DNA of 64,000 nucleotides. It comes from Shigella phage vB_SsoM_113. Both the position numbers and the translations under genes were made by a program. The notes below the pieces were generated by a model. It was not told the DNA's origin. It did not search any database and saw only the letters and a list, made by a program, of their open reading frames with translations. Location: the sequence record LR746311; one strand, given 5' to 3'. Positions 47,030 to 58,255 of this stretch are shown here, piece after piece (position 1 is the first letter of the stretch; every line of letters begins with the position of its first letter).

Positions 47030-47812
47030 TTATACTCTTGGACCATATATTGCTCCAACGTTTTGCCATGTCGGTGTAGACCCTATGACGGCATAACCAG
47101 CAGCTCCGCCATCGTATTCATATCCTTGACCACGAATATTACATCTACCTCCTGCGGAGCCAACTTCACCACCAGACCCGCCGTTGTAGATACCGTTCAC
47201 AGACCCTGCGCCTGGCGCAGAAATAGTACCAGCAGTTGCTCCTGATTGCATATCAATAGATCCGCCCGGTGCGCCAAACGGACGACCGCCGCCACCGCCA
47301 AAGGTCAATCTCATTTGTGAAAAAGGAGAATAATACCCGCCGCCACCGCCGCCACCGCCGCCAGCAATAGCTCCACCATTATTAATTCTTAGTCTCCCAC
47401 CAATATCATTTTGAATACAATGACCCCCAGCTGAGCCAGGACTATTGCTACCGCCATTCCCGCCACGGCCATACATCGTTACACCATGTATGTTCAACTG
47501 AACATATTCATTCGGTGTATCTCCGTACATGAAGAATAAAGGAACATCTTTAGAATATGATACTAAATCTCCAGTGATATTAAACACTATAGGTGCACTA
47601 CCTGCCTCAAAACATCTATCTCGGAACCATTGACCATTGAAGTTATGGTCTGCTCCAAGTGTATGAATAATTTCTCTTGAGCGACCTGCAAATTGACTCA
47701 TCCAGCAAGGAACACCCAATCTTAATTGACCAGCTGCTTGACTCATCCAGCGCTGACCCGTTTCATTTACGGCTGAACTTCCAATCCAACCAGGAACACC
47801 AACTACTGCCAT
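47030..47812 (-). CDS. 38: gp38 tail-fibre tip adhesin with glycine-rich motifs (T2 type)
   Basis: 260 aa; conserved N-terminus [13 protein letters not shown]; repeated poly-Gly blocks (GGGGGGGGG, GGGGG). Confidence 0.9.
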   Translation of the reverse strand: MAVVGVPGWIGSSAVNETGQRWMSQAAGQLRLGVPCWMSQFAGRSREIIHTLGADHNFNGQWFRDRCFEAGSAPIVFNITGDLVSYSKDVPLFFMYGDTPNEYVQLNIHGVTMYGRGGNGGSNSPGSAGGHCIQNDIGGRLRINNGGAIAGGGGGGGGGYYSPFSQMRLTFGGGGGRPFGAPGGSIDMQSGATAGTISAPGAGSVNGIYNGGSGGEVGSAGGRCNIRGQGYEYDGGAAGYAVIGSTPTWQNVGAIYGPRV

Positions 47813-47824
47813 AATTTATCTCCA

Positions 47825-47841
47825 AAGGGGCAATGCCCCTT
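47825..47841 (-). other. intergenic stem-loop between genes 37 and 38 (aaggggc-aat-gcccctt)
   Basis: 7-bp perfect stem, no U tract; probable mRNA structural element. Confidence 0.4.
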
Positions 47842-47845
47842 GTTA

Positions 47846-50800
47846 TTAGAATTTAAAGTATTTACCAATTTTGCGAGCAATTTTAGTGAAGAAAGGCGTT
47901 TTCAATTCTTTAATTTCTTCACTCATTTCCTGAATGGCCTTAATTAAAAGAGCATTCACAGCAGAGTTAGAAATTGTTAAAATTTCTTCTGGGTTATCCT
48001 GAGATCCGACACTAGAAGTGCTAACAGCTTCCGGTAATACTTCTTGCAAATCCTGTGCGATAATACCAATCTCATGGCCGATAACTTCGCGGTCAGAAAG
48101 AGATTTAACTTTATCATAGGTTTTAACTTTGAGTTTATTTACCTTATCCACCGCATTCTCTTCGTAGTCTTCAACATTAATTTTCAGACGACGGTCAGAA
48201 CGAATATAAACGTCGTTACAATATACAGCAGCACCAGCAGTAAAATCACCGTTAAATGAAAATCCAAAATCATTCCCACCCACATGCAATACAACATAAG
48301 GATTACCACCTCCAGCATGAGCACCCATCGCCGCAATGTGCTGTTCGCCCCAATGAGTAGCTTTCCAAATGTTATATGCTTGATTTCGTGAGTCCTGACA
48401 GTCTACTAACAATCCAGCCGGACGATCTCGCCAGTCTACCCATGCACCACCGGAAATATTACCACGGATAAGAGCGTATTCACCATTATATGGAACACGC
48501 TCTCCCGCTTTAATCATTGCACCCTGGAAGTGATGACTAAATGAACCCCCATGATTATTGCGAATATGTAAAATACCCTCATCTGTAGCCCAGATAACAG
48601 CCTTTTCCGTATCGCTATCATCTCTAAACCAGATATGGCGTGCGCCAGAGGTTTTGACGGTTATTCCGTTAGGTCCATGCACGGTCAAAGCACCAGATAC
48701 ATCAAATAAAACGGTGTCATCTGTCCTACGTTCAGTATAGAAGTGATAACCTTTGGAATCACCGACTTCCATCACTGCCGCGCGACCAACTTCTGAATTT
48801 CCCCAATTATTGATATGGAATCGTTCAGAGCTATTATTCATCTGATTTAGGTATAATGTACCATCAGTGAATGTTTCGCCAAAGAAACGAGTTTTAATTG
48901 CACCAGTCGCTAAAGTACGTTCAGTAGAAAAATGAACTCCTTTGCTGTCTTCTAACTGAATAATGTTATCACGCGCATTATTACTATCACCCCAATGGTT
49001 AAATTTAAAATAATCTCGTGATCCTAAACGTCCAGCGTCAAAAGTCATCAAGCCTTTTATATTAATATCACCACCAAAAAATGCGGTGAGAGAATCACGT
49101 TTTAATTTTAAAACGTTAGCACCACTAGTACCACCTAAAGTAACATCACCAGTTCTCAATTCATAACGGAAAGGTCTATTTGTATTAAAGTTTCCATCTT
49201 GATCATCTTCGTCGGTGGAAAGAATATAAAGACTCTCTCCATCATTACGGAAAATTGCGCCAAACTTACCGCCGTACATTTTAAATGCATTCAATGAGCG
49301 GAATTTAACTTCTGTTTTAAAAGTGGTAGTGTTATTAAGGTTAACAGTAGAGTTAAAATTGGTAGGAGCACCGAAGTTAACTGCGCCATTAAAATCTTGC
49401 TGCGCTGTCCATTTGTGGCGACCATCTTCAAGAACAACACGACGAACTGTGCAAGTTCTATTTCCTGAATTACCGAATACACGAACGACAAAATAACGGT
49501 AGTTTGTCTGGGATACAGTACCACGCCAAACCTGAACAGTACGCCCTGTGCTAGTATGTTCGCTAGGACCGACGGAAAACATAACCAAGTTTCCATCAAT
49601 CGTCCCCCAATTCATATTTGCTGGCATGTTCTTTATTTTGTTCAAAGGAACGCTAAACATACTACCAGGGACAAAATCAAAGGTTTGCCAATCTAACTCC
49701 GCTAATTGAGCTTTAATACCACCCATACCCAAAGTAATTGGCAGAGAATAAGATGTATATACTTCGTTCCATGTACCCCAAACACCATTAGTGTATGCAC
49801 GCTCAAAAATACGTCCGCGAGTAGTTGTACCTGTTCCGGCAGTAGTAAATTTTTGGAAAATAGCACCACCAGAAGCACGCTGTTTAACTTCTAGCAAACC
49901 AATAATAACGGCTGGTAAACCTTCACCTGTAGGGCAGTTAATAACGGCATCAGTGCCTAAAATATTATATAACCCAGGAGTTTTAAAATCATTCAGGTTT
50001 CCATCATAGAAAGTCGCTGGTGTGACATTACCGACTTGTTGCCACGGTCCCCATTTAGGAGCAGTAGCATTCCACGCGGCAGTAAGACAGCGAGTATAAA
50101 CAACACCAAACATGGTTGTATATCTTTGCGTACGAGAATAGCTTCCCCCTTCATATACTTCCAAAAGACCTTTAGCTGACGATCCCTCTTCTGGGAAATT
50201 TCTGTCAAAGGTGGCAATGGAATTTGAACTATTCCTCCACAAGCCAAAGTGTTCAGCACCTCCTAGATCATTAAGATCAATTGTTGTTGACAGTGGACGA
50301 GTACCGGATTGAATATTTCGCCACACACTCCACGGACCATTTACTCCGTTCCATGTAGCAGTCAAGGAACGAATATAAACATTTCCGTATCTGGTTGTAT
50401 ATCTCTGAGTACCAGCAAATTGACCGGCCACAAATACTTCTAGCACACCTACAGCATTTTCTTCTGGAAATTTATTTGCTGGTTGAGCGTTGGTTGAAGT
50501 TGCTTTCGACCAAACTCCAAGATATTCTTCAACAGGCCCATACTCATCTAAATTAGCATCAACCGGTAATTCGCCGTTATTTTTTATAAACGTTGTGCTA
50601 TTGACATTTATGTCAGATGGAGTTAGCGTGATATCTTTTGACCCATCAAAGGATATACCATTAATTTTTCGTGCTGTTTTTAATTTCGTTGCAGTTGCAG
50701 CGTTACCTGTTAAATTTCCAACTATACTTCCATTAACAGTTAAAGAACCATCAATTGTTCCTCCATATTTTAAACCTAATTCTATAACACTGCCTGAGTC

Positions 50801-50926
50801 ATCTTTTGTGAAAATTGTTTTATCTTTTAAATTAATAGCCAATTCACCTTCGGCTAATACTGAAGCAGCAGGACGTTGACCTGCAGTTTTGCTTCTTTTA
50901 AATTGTATTTGTTTTAAAGTAGCCAT
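47846..50926 (-). CDS. 37: long tail fibre distal subunit gp37 with C-terminal intramolecular chaperone-like domain
   Basis: 1026 aa; N-terminus [22 protein letters not shown]; C-terminus YIRSDRRLK ... resembles self-cleaving chaperone domains. Confidence 0.95.
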   Translation of the reverse strand: MATLKQIQFKRSKTAGQRPAASVLAEGELAINLKDKTIFTKDDSGSVIELGLKYGGTIDGSLTVNGSIVGNLTGNAATATKLKTARKINGISFDGSKDITLTPSDINVNSTTFIKNNGELPVDANLDEYGPVEEYLGVWSKATSTNAQPANKFPEENAVGVLEVFVAGQFAGTQRYTTRYGNVYIRSLTATWNGVNGPWSVWRNIQSGTRPLSTTIDLNDLGGAEHFGLWRNSSNSIATFDRNFPEEGSSAKGLLEVYEGGSYSRTQRYTTMFGVVYTRCLTAAWNATAPKWGPWQQVGNVTPATFYDGNLNDFKTPGLYNILGTDAVINCPTGEGLPAVIIGLLEVKQRASGGAIFQKFTTAGTGTTTRGRIFERAYTNGVWGTWNEVYTSYSLPITLGMGGIKAQLAELDWQTFDFVPGSMFSVPLNKIKNMPANMNWGTIDGNLVMFSVGPSEHTSTGRTVQVWRGTVSQTNYRYFVVRVFGNSGNRTCTVRRVVLEDGRHKWTAQQDFNGAVNFGAPTNFNSTVNLNNTTTFKTEVKFRSLNAFKMYGGKFGAIFRNDGESLYILSTDEDDQDGNFNTNRPFRYELRTGDVTLGGTSGANVLKLKRDSLTAFFGGDINIKGLMTFDAGRLGSRDYFKFNHWGDSNNARDNIIQLEDSKGVHFSTERTLATGAIKTRFFGETFTDGTLYLNQMNNSSERFHINNWGNSEVGRAAVMEVGDSKGYHFYTERRTDDTVLFDVSGALTVHGPNGITVKTSGARHIWFRDDSDTEKAVIWATDEGILHIRNNHGGSFSHHFQGAMIKAGERVPYNGEYALIRGNISGGAWVDWRDRPAGLLVDCQDSRNQAYNIWKATHWGEQHIAAMGAHAGGGNPYVVLHVGGNDFGFSFNGDFTAGAAVYCNDVYIRSDRRLKINVEDYEENAVDKVNKLKVKTYDKVKSLSDREVIGHEIGIIAQDLQEVLPEAVSTSSVGSQDNPEEILTISNSAVNALLIKAIQEMSEEIKELKTPFFTKIARKIGKYFKF

Positions 50927-50934
50927 AAGTCCTC

Positions 50935-51585
50935 TTAATAATAGCCGAAATCTTGAACAGAATCCTTAATCACGATTTGGTCAAATCGTGGAACATGTGA
51001 GGGTTGAGATGCAGGATTCTGCGAGAAAAAGTTTGGCGCTGTTAAATTACCTGTCATGGTGTCACCTTTACGCAAAACTCTAGAATTCGCATTTGCCGTA
51101 ACAGTATTTATTGCTCCATCGACATAATCTTTACGAGTAACATCAGACGCTGCTGAAGGAGTAGATGTAACAGTTACAGATGGAGCCGTTACAGCCCTAG
51201 TAAATGTTGTCAAACCTTCTGGCGTAATAGTAATTTGTCCAGTAGTGATTTCACTACCTGCAGGTCTAAAACTAATACCACCAGAAGAGCCACCAACTAC
51301 AAGAGTATTACCGGTACCGCCACCAGAACGAATTCGAATGGGGGTTTCATTATTACTTAATTGAAGATAACTATTTACCCCGTAATTAATAGTAATTGGA
51401 CCGGTGTAAGTACCACCATTAGCTTTAGAAACGAAATCGTTATCAGCTGCCTGTGGTTTGTTATATTCTGAATATATTTTAAATGATTTGTAGAGTACAT
51501 CGTCACCGGCTGAATTCAATGGAAAATTTCCTTGATGCCAAATGACAGATCCACCCACAGTTGAACCTACTTTTAAATCAGCCAT
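50935..51585 (-). CDS. 36: long tail fibre distal connector gp36
   Basis: 216-aa product [24 protein letters not shown]. Confidence 0.9.
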   Translation of the reverse strand: MADLKVGSTVGGSVIWHQGNFPLNSAGDDVLYKSFKIYSEYNKPQAADNDFVSKANGGTYTGPITINYGVNSYLQLSNNETPIRIRSGGGTGNTLVVGGSSGGISFRPAGSEITTGQITITPEGLTTFTRAVTAPSVTVTSTPSAASDVTRKDYVDGAINTVTANANSRVLRKGDTMTGNLTAPNFFSQNPASQPSHVPRFDQIVIKDSVQDFGYY

Positions 51586-51608
51586 TATATGCCCCTTTAT
51601 TTTAATAT

Positions 51609-51616
51609 TATTTATA
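51609..51616 (-). promoter_or_regulatory. late promoter TATAAATA (gene 36)
   Basis: exact TATAAATA on minus strand about 24 nt before gene 36 ATG. Confidence 0.7.
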
Positions 51617-51642
51617 AAGAAAAAGGGAACCCGAAGGCTCCC
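51616..51642 (-). terminator. rho-independent terminator after gene 35
   Basis: minus-strand hairpin gggagcc-uucg-gguuccc followed by UUUUUCUUU. Confidence 0.65.
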
Positions 51643-51647
51643 TCAGT

Positions 51648-52763
51648 TTAAACTTCTCTAAATTCTTGCCCAAACACTTTGCCAGTTTTAGAAGAGGATT
51701 GTGTAGGAAGTACCATTATATCTGGAGGTGAAGCCGATTCACAGACATAATTAACGCGAATACCGTTGACGCCAAATTCGGCAGGTTTTGAAATGCCGCC
51801 ATTTCTTGATACTTCAGAAAAGCTTAAATTCCTCAGTCCGCCTTGACCAGCTTGAGCAGTTCTCTGCGCATATATAGTAAATCCGACTGCATTTTCAGGA
51901 ACAACTACATAATCTTCCTTTAATTCCCATGACCCAGCTTGCCCAGTAAACTCAGATTGGGTCGAGGAAATATATCCATTTGATTCATTATAAAAACGGA
52001 TAGATATATTTGTAGTTCCAAGATCAAGTAAATCAGCATCAGCATATAACTGTGCTTTAAGATAAAGAACATCACCAGGAATTAAATTATAATCAGATAG
52101 TTTACTTATAGCAGCTGAAGTTGGCAATCGCGCAATTTCGTTATTAGTTCCACCAACCGCTGACATAAATTGCTCGGCACTTTCATATGTTCTTTTAGGA
52201 AATCCCGTAGCTCCGACGTCTTCTAAACTATCAAATACAACATCTAAAATAGTTTGATAATCATCTGTGCTTTTTCTATTACTTAGTTTAACATGCTCTA
52301 ATGCAATAGCTCTTTTAGAAGAAGTATAAAAAGCAGCATATGATACGTCAAATCTTGACAATACTGAATCTGATGGAAAAACTGAAGTTCCTGCTTTCCT
52401 TAGCCAAGATACCACTTCAGGAGGAAAATTAACCTTTCCGCTAGTCAATATAGCAGCAAGTCTATTGTTTGACAAAGAATTCATGAAACTAACAAAAGCA
52501 GCTGATGTAGTATTATTTGAAGTAGAAAAAGCATATGACTTACTATCAACTAATGCTCCCGTAGAAGGATCAAAAACTCTTAAATGAAGACCTGCACTAA
52601 ATGTTTGATTTCCAACGGGGTTATCCTGAAATTTAACATACGGTCCTGCTGTGGAAAGCGGGCAAGAACCCGCTATACTTATTTTGTATCTTACTGAATT
52701 ACTTTCCGATAAAAATGGCGTTTGGACATATCCTTGTCCAAACTCTGCCATAAATTTTTCCAT
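51648..52763 (-). CDS. 35: long tail fibre hinge gp35
   Basis: 371 aa directly downstream of gene 34. Confidence 0.9.
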   Translation of the reverse strand: MEKFMAEFGQGYVQTPFLSESNSVRYKISIAGSCPLSTAGPYVKFQDNPVGNQTFSAGLHLRVFDPSTGALVDSKSYAFSTSNNTTSAAFVSFMNSLSNNRLAAILTSGKVNFPPEVVSWLRKAGTSVFPSDSVLSRFDVSYAAFYTSSKRAIALEHVKLSNRKSTDDYQTILDVVFDSLEDVGATGFPKRTYESAEQFMSAVGGTNNEIARLPTSAAISKLSDYNLIPGDVLYLKAQLYADADLLDLGTTNISIRFYNESNGYISSTQSEFTGQAGSWELKEDYVVVPENAVGFTIYAQRTAQAGQGGLRNLSFSEVSRNGGISKPAEFGVNGIRVNYVCESASPPDIMVLPTQSSSKTGKVFGQEFREV

Positions 52764-52771
52764 AATACCTC

Positions 52772-55700
52772 TTATTCAATCCACTCAAATTTAACAGTTT
52801 TATTCACTGGGTCAGGAATAATGCGAACATTACCAATTCGTAAGAAATCGCGAATAGTAAGATTACCTATTATTCCGTTATCAGATGGGATCGCTCCTAT
52901 ATCTGAAGGTTGAGGAGGGTTACCTCCGTCAAATACCTGAACAAAACTTGACCAAGAGTTTTTGGTTTTCTGCCATGTACGTGTCCAGCGAGTGGTACGT
53001 GCTTCTGGAGTCGTTGGATAAGTAATCCAATCTTGGTAAAGTGAATCAAGTGTGTTACCAAACTGAGTCAATGTACCAGGAGATTTAACTTCTTCGCCAC
53101 GTTCTAAGTATGGAAGTCCAGTCACTTCATTAGTTTTTTCAACCATTTTAAAATAACCCGGGAACTGGTTATAAGTGGCTGAATCATTAATATCGATTGA
53201 CCAGAATCCTACAGTATCAGATGTTGGCGCACGGGTATATAAATCAGGTGTTTTAACACCTTGAGAACGAATTCTCGAGTTAACAGTTAAACCACCTGAA
53301 TTTATAGTAGCACCTTTAGCAATGATCAAGCTTTCACCAATCGTTACTTGACCGGACTGATTATTAATTGATAATGGACGTAATGCATTAAATCCACCAG
53401 TTTGGTCACCGGCTGCAGTGAGCATAAAATAGGTGTCATTACCAGCGTTACGAATAATGAAACCATAATTTCCATTAATAGCACGGAAAGCATTTGCGCT
53501 TCGAGAAATAATTTCACCAGTTGCAGTGACTGAATTACCAAATGTTGCAACACCATTCGCATTCAATGTTCCTGAAGCATTCACATTTATCGGTGTTACT
53601 GTACCGTTGATATTAAATGTTATATTACCAGCTTTATTACGCTGAGAATAAAAATGACTAGAAGTTTCATCACTAACTTCAAATACAGTAGAACGTGTTG
53701 TGTCTGACTCCCCACTAAATTGATTTCCCCACACTTTTACAGTCATTGTTTGAGTCGGGTTTGTTCCAGTTTGAGGTCCTTTCTCAAAAATTAATTGAGT
53801 TGCCATTCCAGTATTAGAAATAGTTAGTGTACTATTTGCTGAAACTGATCCACCAAACGTAGCAGTACTAGATGATACAAGAGGGGCACTCAGGTTCGTT
53901 TGTTTGGTTAAGGTTAGTGAACCATTAACTGTCTGGGCAATATCCCTACGAATGAACTGAGATGAATCTAGACCATCTAATAAATTTGCGTCAGCAGCTT
54001 TTGCTTTTAACGGCAAATAATTTGCTAATACACGGTTTAATTCATATGGTGATACTGCATAACTATTTTTCTCGTATAGCTCTAAGTCCTGCGTAGAACC
54101 AGCTGTATCATTACCAACGAATGTAATTGAACCGGATGAAGTTTTAACAAATCCTCTTATGGCTGGAGTGGCTGCCCAAGTAGGTTCACTCTGCACAATC
54201 CATTTTAAATTTTTTGGAGATACAGCAGTATTTGCTGACGTTCCAGTCACGGTTTCAGACTGAGTTGCAACTTTAATAACACCTTCTTGCGATTCGGTAG
54301 ATTTAGTACCTAAAAGCTTTTTAGGAGTTATTAAAACATTATCTAATTTTCCTGCAGCAGCTTCAACTTGTGTAGCTACACGAAGTGTACCACGTTGTGT
54401 CTCATTTGCTTCAAGAATATTAAGGGTATAATGGTCCCAGAGAGTTCCTGATTCAACTAATCCAGATAGAGCAACAACAGAAGTACGATCAGTACTATTA
54501 AATCTAGTTTTAATTTTTAATGGTGTAGAGATACGAGTATCGTCGACGCCTGCGTCGAATTCAACTTGCGTAGCAATTTCAGCTATACCACTTAAACTTT
54601 CAGTTGCTCTACGGTCATTTAAAGTTTTAGGAGTGACTGCACGAGTATAATCAGTTCCTGTATTAACTTCACTTTGCGTAGCAATTTCAATTAAACCAAT
54701 TCTTCCATCAGTTGATGTCTTTTTATGTAACGTTTCTGGTGTTACAACCGCATTTGCCCATCCTTCTTGGCTTTGTCCAGCAATTACTTCACTTTCAACT
54801 GCTAAAATTACTGCACCTTGTTGCGTTGGAGTAGCTTTATACTGATCCAAAGCTTTAGGCGAAACAACTAAATTATTAGTATTTTTATTATAAACATTTG
54901 TACCATTTAATTCACGACTAGAGGCTGGAGTAGCTCCTGCGGTAGATACAAAAGTTACAATACCCGATAATGTTTCAGAACCTTGACGAGCTTGAAGCTT
55001 TTTAGGAGTGATGATTGTAGTATCATCAGTACCTGTATTAGTTTCCTGCTGCGTAGCAATTTCAGCAACACCTCTGCGAGTTTCTGTAGCAGTTCTTTCA
55101 TTCAGCTTTTTAGGAGTGATGATAAGGTCATCAGCAAAAGAGAATGTAGTGTTCTGATTTACTTGAGCAGTAGTTGCTATTCTTGCGATACCTCTACGAG
55201 TTTCTGTAGCAGTACGGTTAGCTAATGTTTCTGGAGTAATTGCTAATTCTTTTTGTGGAGAATTTTCTAAATCGACGTTAGCTTGAGCTTGTGTAGCTAA
55301 AGCAATTACGCCTAATCTTGCTCTAGTAGAATTATTTAAAGAATCGACTCTTTCAACTGTTGGAACGTTTTGCTGTACAACCCAGTATTTTCCGTCAGAA
55401 TCTTCTATATAAGCAAGTTGTAAAACTGGAACATAATTAGTTTCACCGTTAAAAACTAATTCTTGAACAGTCACCCATTCAGCTTCAGGTGGATATTCTG
55501 AGCGTTTTGGGAATTGCAGCAATTGAACTGAAGAAGCAATTTTATCTTCACCGGCAGCTTTGATTTTAACTGTTTGTCCTTTTCTCATGTAATTCATGGA
55601 AATTTTAACAGTATCACCAACAGAAATATTGGTTGGAAGCTGAAGTTCAATCGTTTGAGTTGTTCCGTTATTTGCACCAAATACCATAACTTCTTCATTT

Positions 55701-56641
55701 GGACGAATGTTTGAATTAGTTGTTATGATACGTAAACGTGCTTTACTATCCCCGTCAAACAATCTCCATAATTTTTCACTATCATCAAACATCAAGAAAC
55801 CGTCAATCGATGTACGGCCTTCAATGGAATGAGTTCCAACTTCTTGTACTGAAGTTGTTTCATCATATGTCGTGACAATTGTATGATAAAGTGGATTTAA
55901 TTTATCTAAATCAACGAAATTAATAATATCGCCATGATTAGCAAATCTTGGAAGTTTAATATTAATCGGCGCTGCGGAAGTAAATCTACGCACGATAAAA
56001 TCATTAGATTGTGCTTGATATGCAGTCGATGGAGTAACAATTGCAGCTTCTCTGCTATAATCAGCAACATACATTTGCCACAAACGATTATTAAAAATGA
56101 ATATCATCTGTGACTTTGGATGAGTCATTAAAACTGAACGTACTTGTTCACCTCTAAAATTAACAATGCTCTGATTTGAAGAACTTATTTTAACCTGATT
56201 TATACCAGGTTTTCCACCGATATCTTGAATTATTACTGTTTCTCCATCGAGCGGAGAAGGTGGTAAAGTAAACTCAATGTCATTACCAACTGACGTATCT
56301 ACTGAAATTGCTTCTCCGGATTTTAATTGATACGGTCCAGATGATACGGTTGTATATACAGCATCAGTACGTAATGCTTTCCAACGAATTCTATTAAAAC
56401 TTCCAGCAGGTTTTGGAATATTATCCGTTGCTGCCCAAAAACGATTATTATAAATGATTACAAAATCTTTTAAATATCCACGAGTTGGATCATATTGTTG
56501 AACTGTGTTTTCTTGAATTAAGTAATCAACGTTAACACCGTCAGTTCCTACGGTACGATCAGCTAAAGCTACGTTGATTATTTTATCGCCACCTGCGTCC
56601 AGACCATCTTCTGCTCTGAACTTTCTTTTAATCTCGGCCAT
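52772..56641 (-). CDS. 34: long tail fibre proximal subunit gp34
   Basis: 1289-aa product MAEIKRKFRAEDGLDAGGDKIINVALADRTVGTDGVNVDYL. Confidence 0.95.
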   Translation of the reverse strand: MAEIKRKFRAEDGLDAGGDKIINVALADRTVGTDGVNVDYLIQENTVQQYDPTRGYLKDFVIIYNNRFWAATDNIPKPAGSFNRIRWKALRTDAVYTTVSSGPYQLKSGEAISVDTSVGNDIEFTLPPSPLDGETVIIQDIGGKPGINQVKISSSNQSIVNFRGEQVRSVLMTHPKSQMIFIFNNRLWQMYVADYSREAAIVTPSTAYQAQSNDFIVRRFTSAAPINIKLPRFANHGDIINFVDLDKLNPLYHTIVTTYDETTSVQEVGTHSIEGRTSIDGFLMFDDSEKLWRLFDGDSKARLRIITTNSNIRPNEEVMVFGANNGTTQTIELQLPTNISVGDTVKISMNYMRKGQTVKIKAAGEDKIASSVQLLQFPKRSEYPPEAEWVTVQELVFNGETNYVPVLQLAYIEDSDGKYWVVQQNVPTVERVDSLNNSTRARLGVIALATQAQANVDLENSPQKELAITPETLANRTATETRRGIARIATTAQVNQNTTFSFADDLIITPKKLNERTATETRRGVAEIATQQETNTGTDDTTIITPKKLQARQGSETLSGIVTFVSTAGATPASSRELNGTNVYNKNTNNLVVSPKALDQYKATPTQQGAVILAVESEVIAGQSQEGWANAVVTPETLHKKTSTDGRIGLIEIATQSEVNTGTDYTRAVTPKTLNDRRATESLSGIAEIATQVEFDAGVDDTRISTPLKIKTRFNSTDRTSVVALSGLVESGTLWDHYTLNILEANETQRGTLRVATQVEAAAGKLDNVLITPKKLLGTKSTESQEGVIKVATQSETVTGTSANTAVSPKNLKWIVQSEPTWAATPAIRGFVKTSSGSITFVGNDTAGSTQDLELYEKNSYAVSPYELNRVLANYLPLKAKAADANLLDGLDSSQFIRRDIAQTVNGSLTLTKQTNLSAPLVSSSTATFGGSVSANSTLTISNTGMATQLIFEKGPQTGTNPTQTMTVKVWGNQFSGESDTTRSTVFEVSDETSSHFYSQRNKAGNITFNINGTVTPINVNASGTLNANGVATFGNSVTATGEIISRSANAFRAINGNYGFIIRNAGNDTYFMLTAAGDQTGGFNALRPLSINNQSGQVTIGESLIIAKGATINSGGLTVNSRIRSQGVKTPDLYTRAPTSDTVGFWSIDINDSATYNQFPGYFKMVEKTNEVTGLPYLERGEEVKSPGTLTQFGNTLDSLYQDWITYPTTPEARTTRWTRTWQKTKNSWSSFVQVFDGGNPPQPSDIGAIPSDNGIIGNLTIRDFLRIGNVRIIPDPVNKTVKFEWIE

Positions 56642-56675
56642 TCTCCCGGGCTCCTATTGTGTTTTCAATAATAAG

Positions 56676-56683
56676 TATTTATA
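56676..56683 (-). promoter_or_regulatory. late promoter TATAAATA (gene 34)
   Basis: exact TATAAATA on minus strand about 35 nt before gene 34 ATG. Confidence 0.7.
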
Positions 56684-56686
56684 CTT

Positions 56687-56714
56687 GTTTACTTTAAGAT
56701 TTGGAGTATATAAT
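56687..56714 (+). promoter_or_regulatory. T4-type early promoter of rnh, divergent from the gene 34 late promoter
   Basis: GTTTAC 56687-56692, TATAAT 56709-56714. Confidence 0.5.
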
Positions 56715-56743
56715 AGAAATCTCACTAATTGAACGAGGTTCAT

Positions 56744-57661
56744 ATGGATTTAGAAATGATGCTGGATGAAGATTACAAAGAAGGAATTTGCTTAATTGAC
56801 TTTAGTCAGATTGCGCTTTCAACTGCTCTGGTAAACTTCCCAGATAAAGAAAAAATTAATTTATCAATGGTTCGTCATTTGATATTGAACTCAATTAAGT
56901 TTAATGTCAAAAAAGCAAAAACTCTTGGATACACTAAAATTGTGCTGTGTATTGATAACGCGAAATCTGGATACTGGCGCCGTGATTTCGCTTATTATTA
57001 TAAGAAAAACCGCGGAAAAGCACGAGAAGAATCTACTTGGGACTGGGAAGGTTATTTTGAATCCAGTCATAAAGTTATAGATGAATTGAAAGCTTATATG
57101 CCATACATCGTTATGGATATTGATAAGTATGAAGCAGATGACCATATTGCTGTTCTTGTTAAAAAGTTCTCTTTAGAAGGACATAAGATTTTAATCATTT
57201 CGTCGGATGGTGACTTTACTCAACTTCACAAATACCCAAATGTTAAGCAATGGTCACCGATGCACAAGAAATGGGTTAAAATTAAAAGCGGTTCTGCTGA
57301 AATTGACTGTATGACTAAAATCCTTAAAGGTGATAAAAAGGATAACGTTGCTTCAGTTAAAGTACGGTCTGACTTTTGGTTTACTAGAGTTGAAGGTGAA
57401 CGAACTCCTTCAATGAAAACCTCTATTGTTGAAGCTATTGCTAATGACCGTGAGCAAGCTAAGGTGCTTCTCACAGAATCTGAATATAATCGTTATAAAG
57501 AAAATTTAGTTCTAATTGATTTTGATTATATTCCTGATAATATTGCTTCAAACATTGTGAATTACTATAATTCATATAAATTACCACCGCGTGGCAAAAT
57601 TTATTCATATTTTGTAAAAGCGGGTCTTTCTAAATTAACTAATAGCATTAATGAATTTTGA
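56744..57661 (+). CDS. rnh: RNase H (5'-3' exonuclease, FEN-1 family)
   Basis: 305 aa from ATG 56744 (MDLEMMLDEDYKEGICLIDFSQIA), recognised as T4 RNase H. Confidence 0.95.
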   Translation: MDLEMMLDEDYKEGICLIDFSQIALSTALVNFPDKEKINLSMVRHLILNSIKFNVKKAKTLGYTKIVLCIDNAKSGYWRRDFAYYYKKNRGKAREESTWDWEGYFESSHKVIDELKAYMPYIVMDIDKYEADDHIAVLVKKFSLEGHKILIISSDGDFTQLHKYPNVKQWSPMHKKWVKIKSGSAEIDCMTKILKGDKKDNVASVKVRSDFWFTRVEGERTPSMKTSIVEAIANDREQAKVLLTESEYNRYKENLVLIDFDYIPDNIASNIVNYYNSYKLPPRGKIYSYFVKAGLSKLTNSINEF

Positions 57662-57669
57662 GGTGAATA

Positions 57670-57939
57670 ATGGCTAAAAAAGAAATGGTTGAATTTGATG
57701 AAGCTATCCATGGCGAAGACTTGGCTAAATTTATTAAAGAAGCATCTGATCATAAACTGAAAATTTCTGGTTATAATGAATTGATTAAAGATATTCGAAT
57801 TCGTGCCAAAGATGAACTTGGCGTTGATGGTAAGATGTTTAATCGTCTGTTAGCTTTGTATCATAAAGATAACCGTGATGTGTTTGAAGCTGAAACTGAA
57901 GAGGTAGTTGAACTTTATGACACAGTTTTCTCTAAATGA
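57670..57939 (+). CDS. dsbA: double-stranded DNA-binding protein DsbA
   Basis: 89-aa ORF between rnh and 33. Confidence 0.85.
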   Translation: MAKKEMVEFDEAIHGEDLAKFIKEASDHKLKISGYNELIKDIRIRAKDELGVDGKMFNRLLALYHKDNRDVFEAETEEVVELYDTVFSK

Positions 57940-58255
57940 TATTCGTCCGGTCGATGAGACCGGTCTTTCAGAAAAAGAACTTTCAATTAAGAAAGAAAAG
58001 GATGAAATTGCAAAGCTTCTTGACCGCCAAGAAAATGGATTTATTATTGAAAAAATGGTAGAAGAGTTTGGAATGAGTTATCTTGAAGCTACAACAGCAT
58101 TCTTAGAAGAAAATTCTATTCCTGAAACTCAATTTGCTAAATTTATTCCTTCGGGTATAATTGAAAAAATTCAGTCAGAAGCTATTGACGAAAATCTTTT
58201 ACGTCCTTCTGTTGTTCGTTGTGAAAAAACTAATACATTAGATTTTCTACTATGA
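57917..58255 (+). CDS. 33: late transcription co-activator gp33
   Basis: 112 aa from ATG 57917 (MTQFSLNDIRPVDETG). Confidence 0.9.
   Translation: MTQFSLNDIRPVDETGLSEKELSIKKEKDEIAKLLDRQENGFIIEKMVEEFGMSYLEATTAFLEENSIPETQFAKFIPSGIIEKIQSEAIDENLLRPSVVRCEKTNTLDFLL

Noticed and set aside
47330-47370. GC-rich tandem repeat ccgccaccgccgcc as a possible repeat array
   Set aside because: It is the coding sequence for the poly-glycine motifs of gp38 on the minus strand, not a CRISPR or satellite repeat.
48044-50879. Multiple plus-strand ORFs (60-129 aa) inside tail-fibre gene 37
   Set aside because: Antisense to a 1026-aa gene with clear homology; no RBS; expected by chance in a 3-kb gene.
54983-55225. 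Plus-strand 80-aa ORF inside gene 34
   Set aside because: Antisense to gene 34, serine-rich low-complexity product, no start context.
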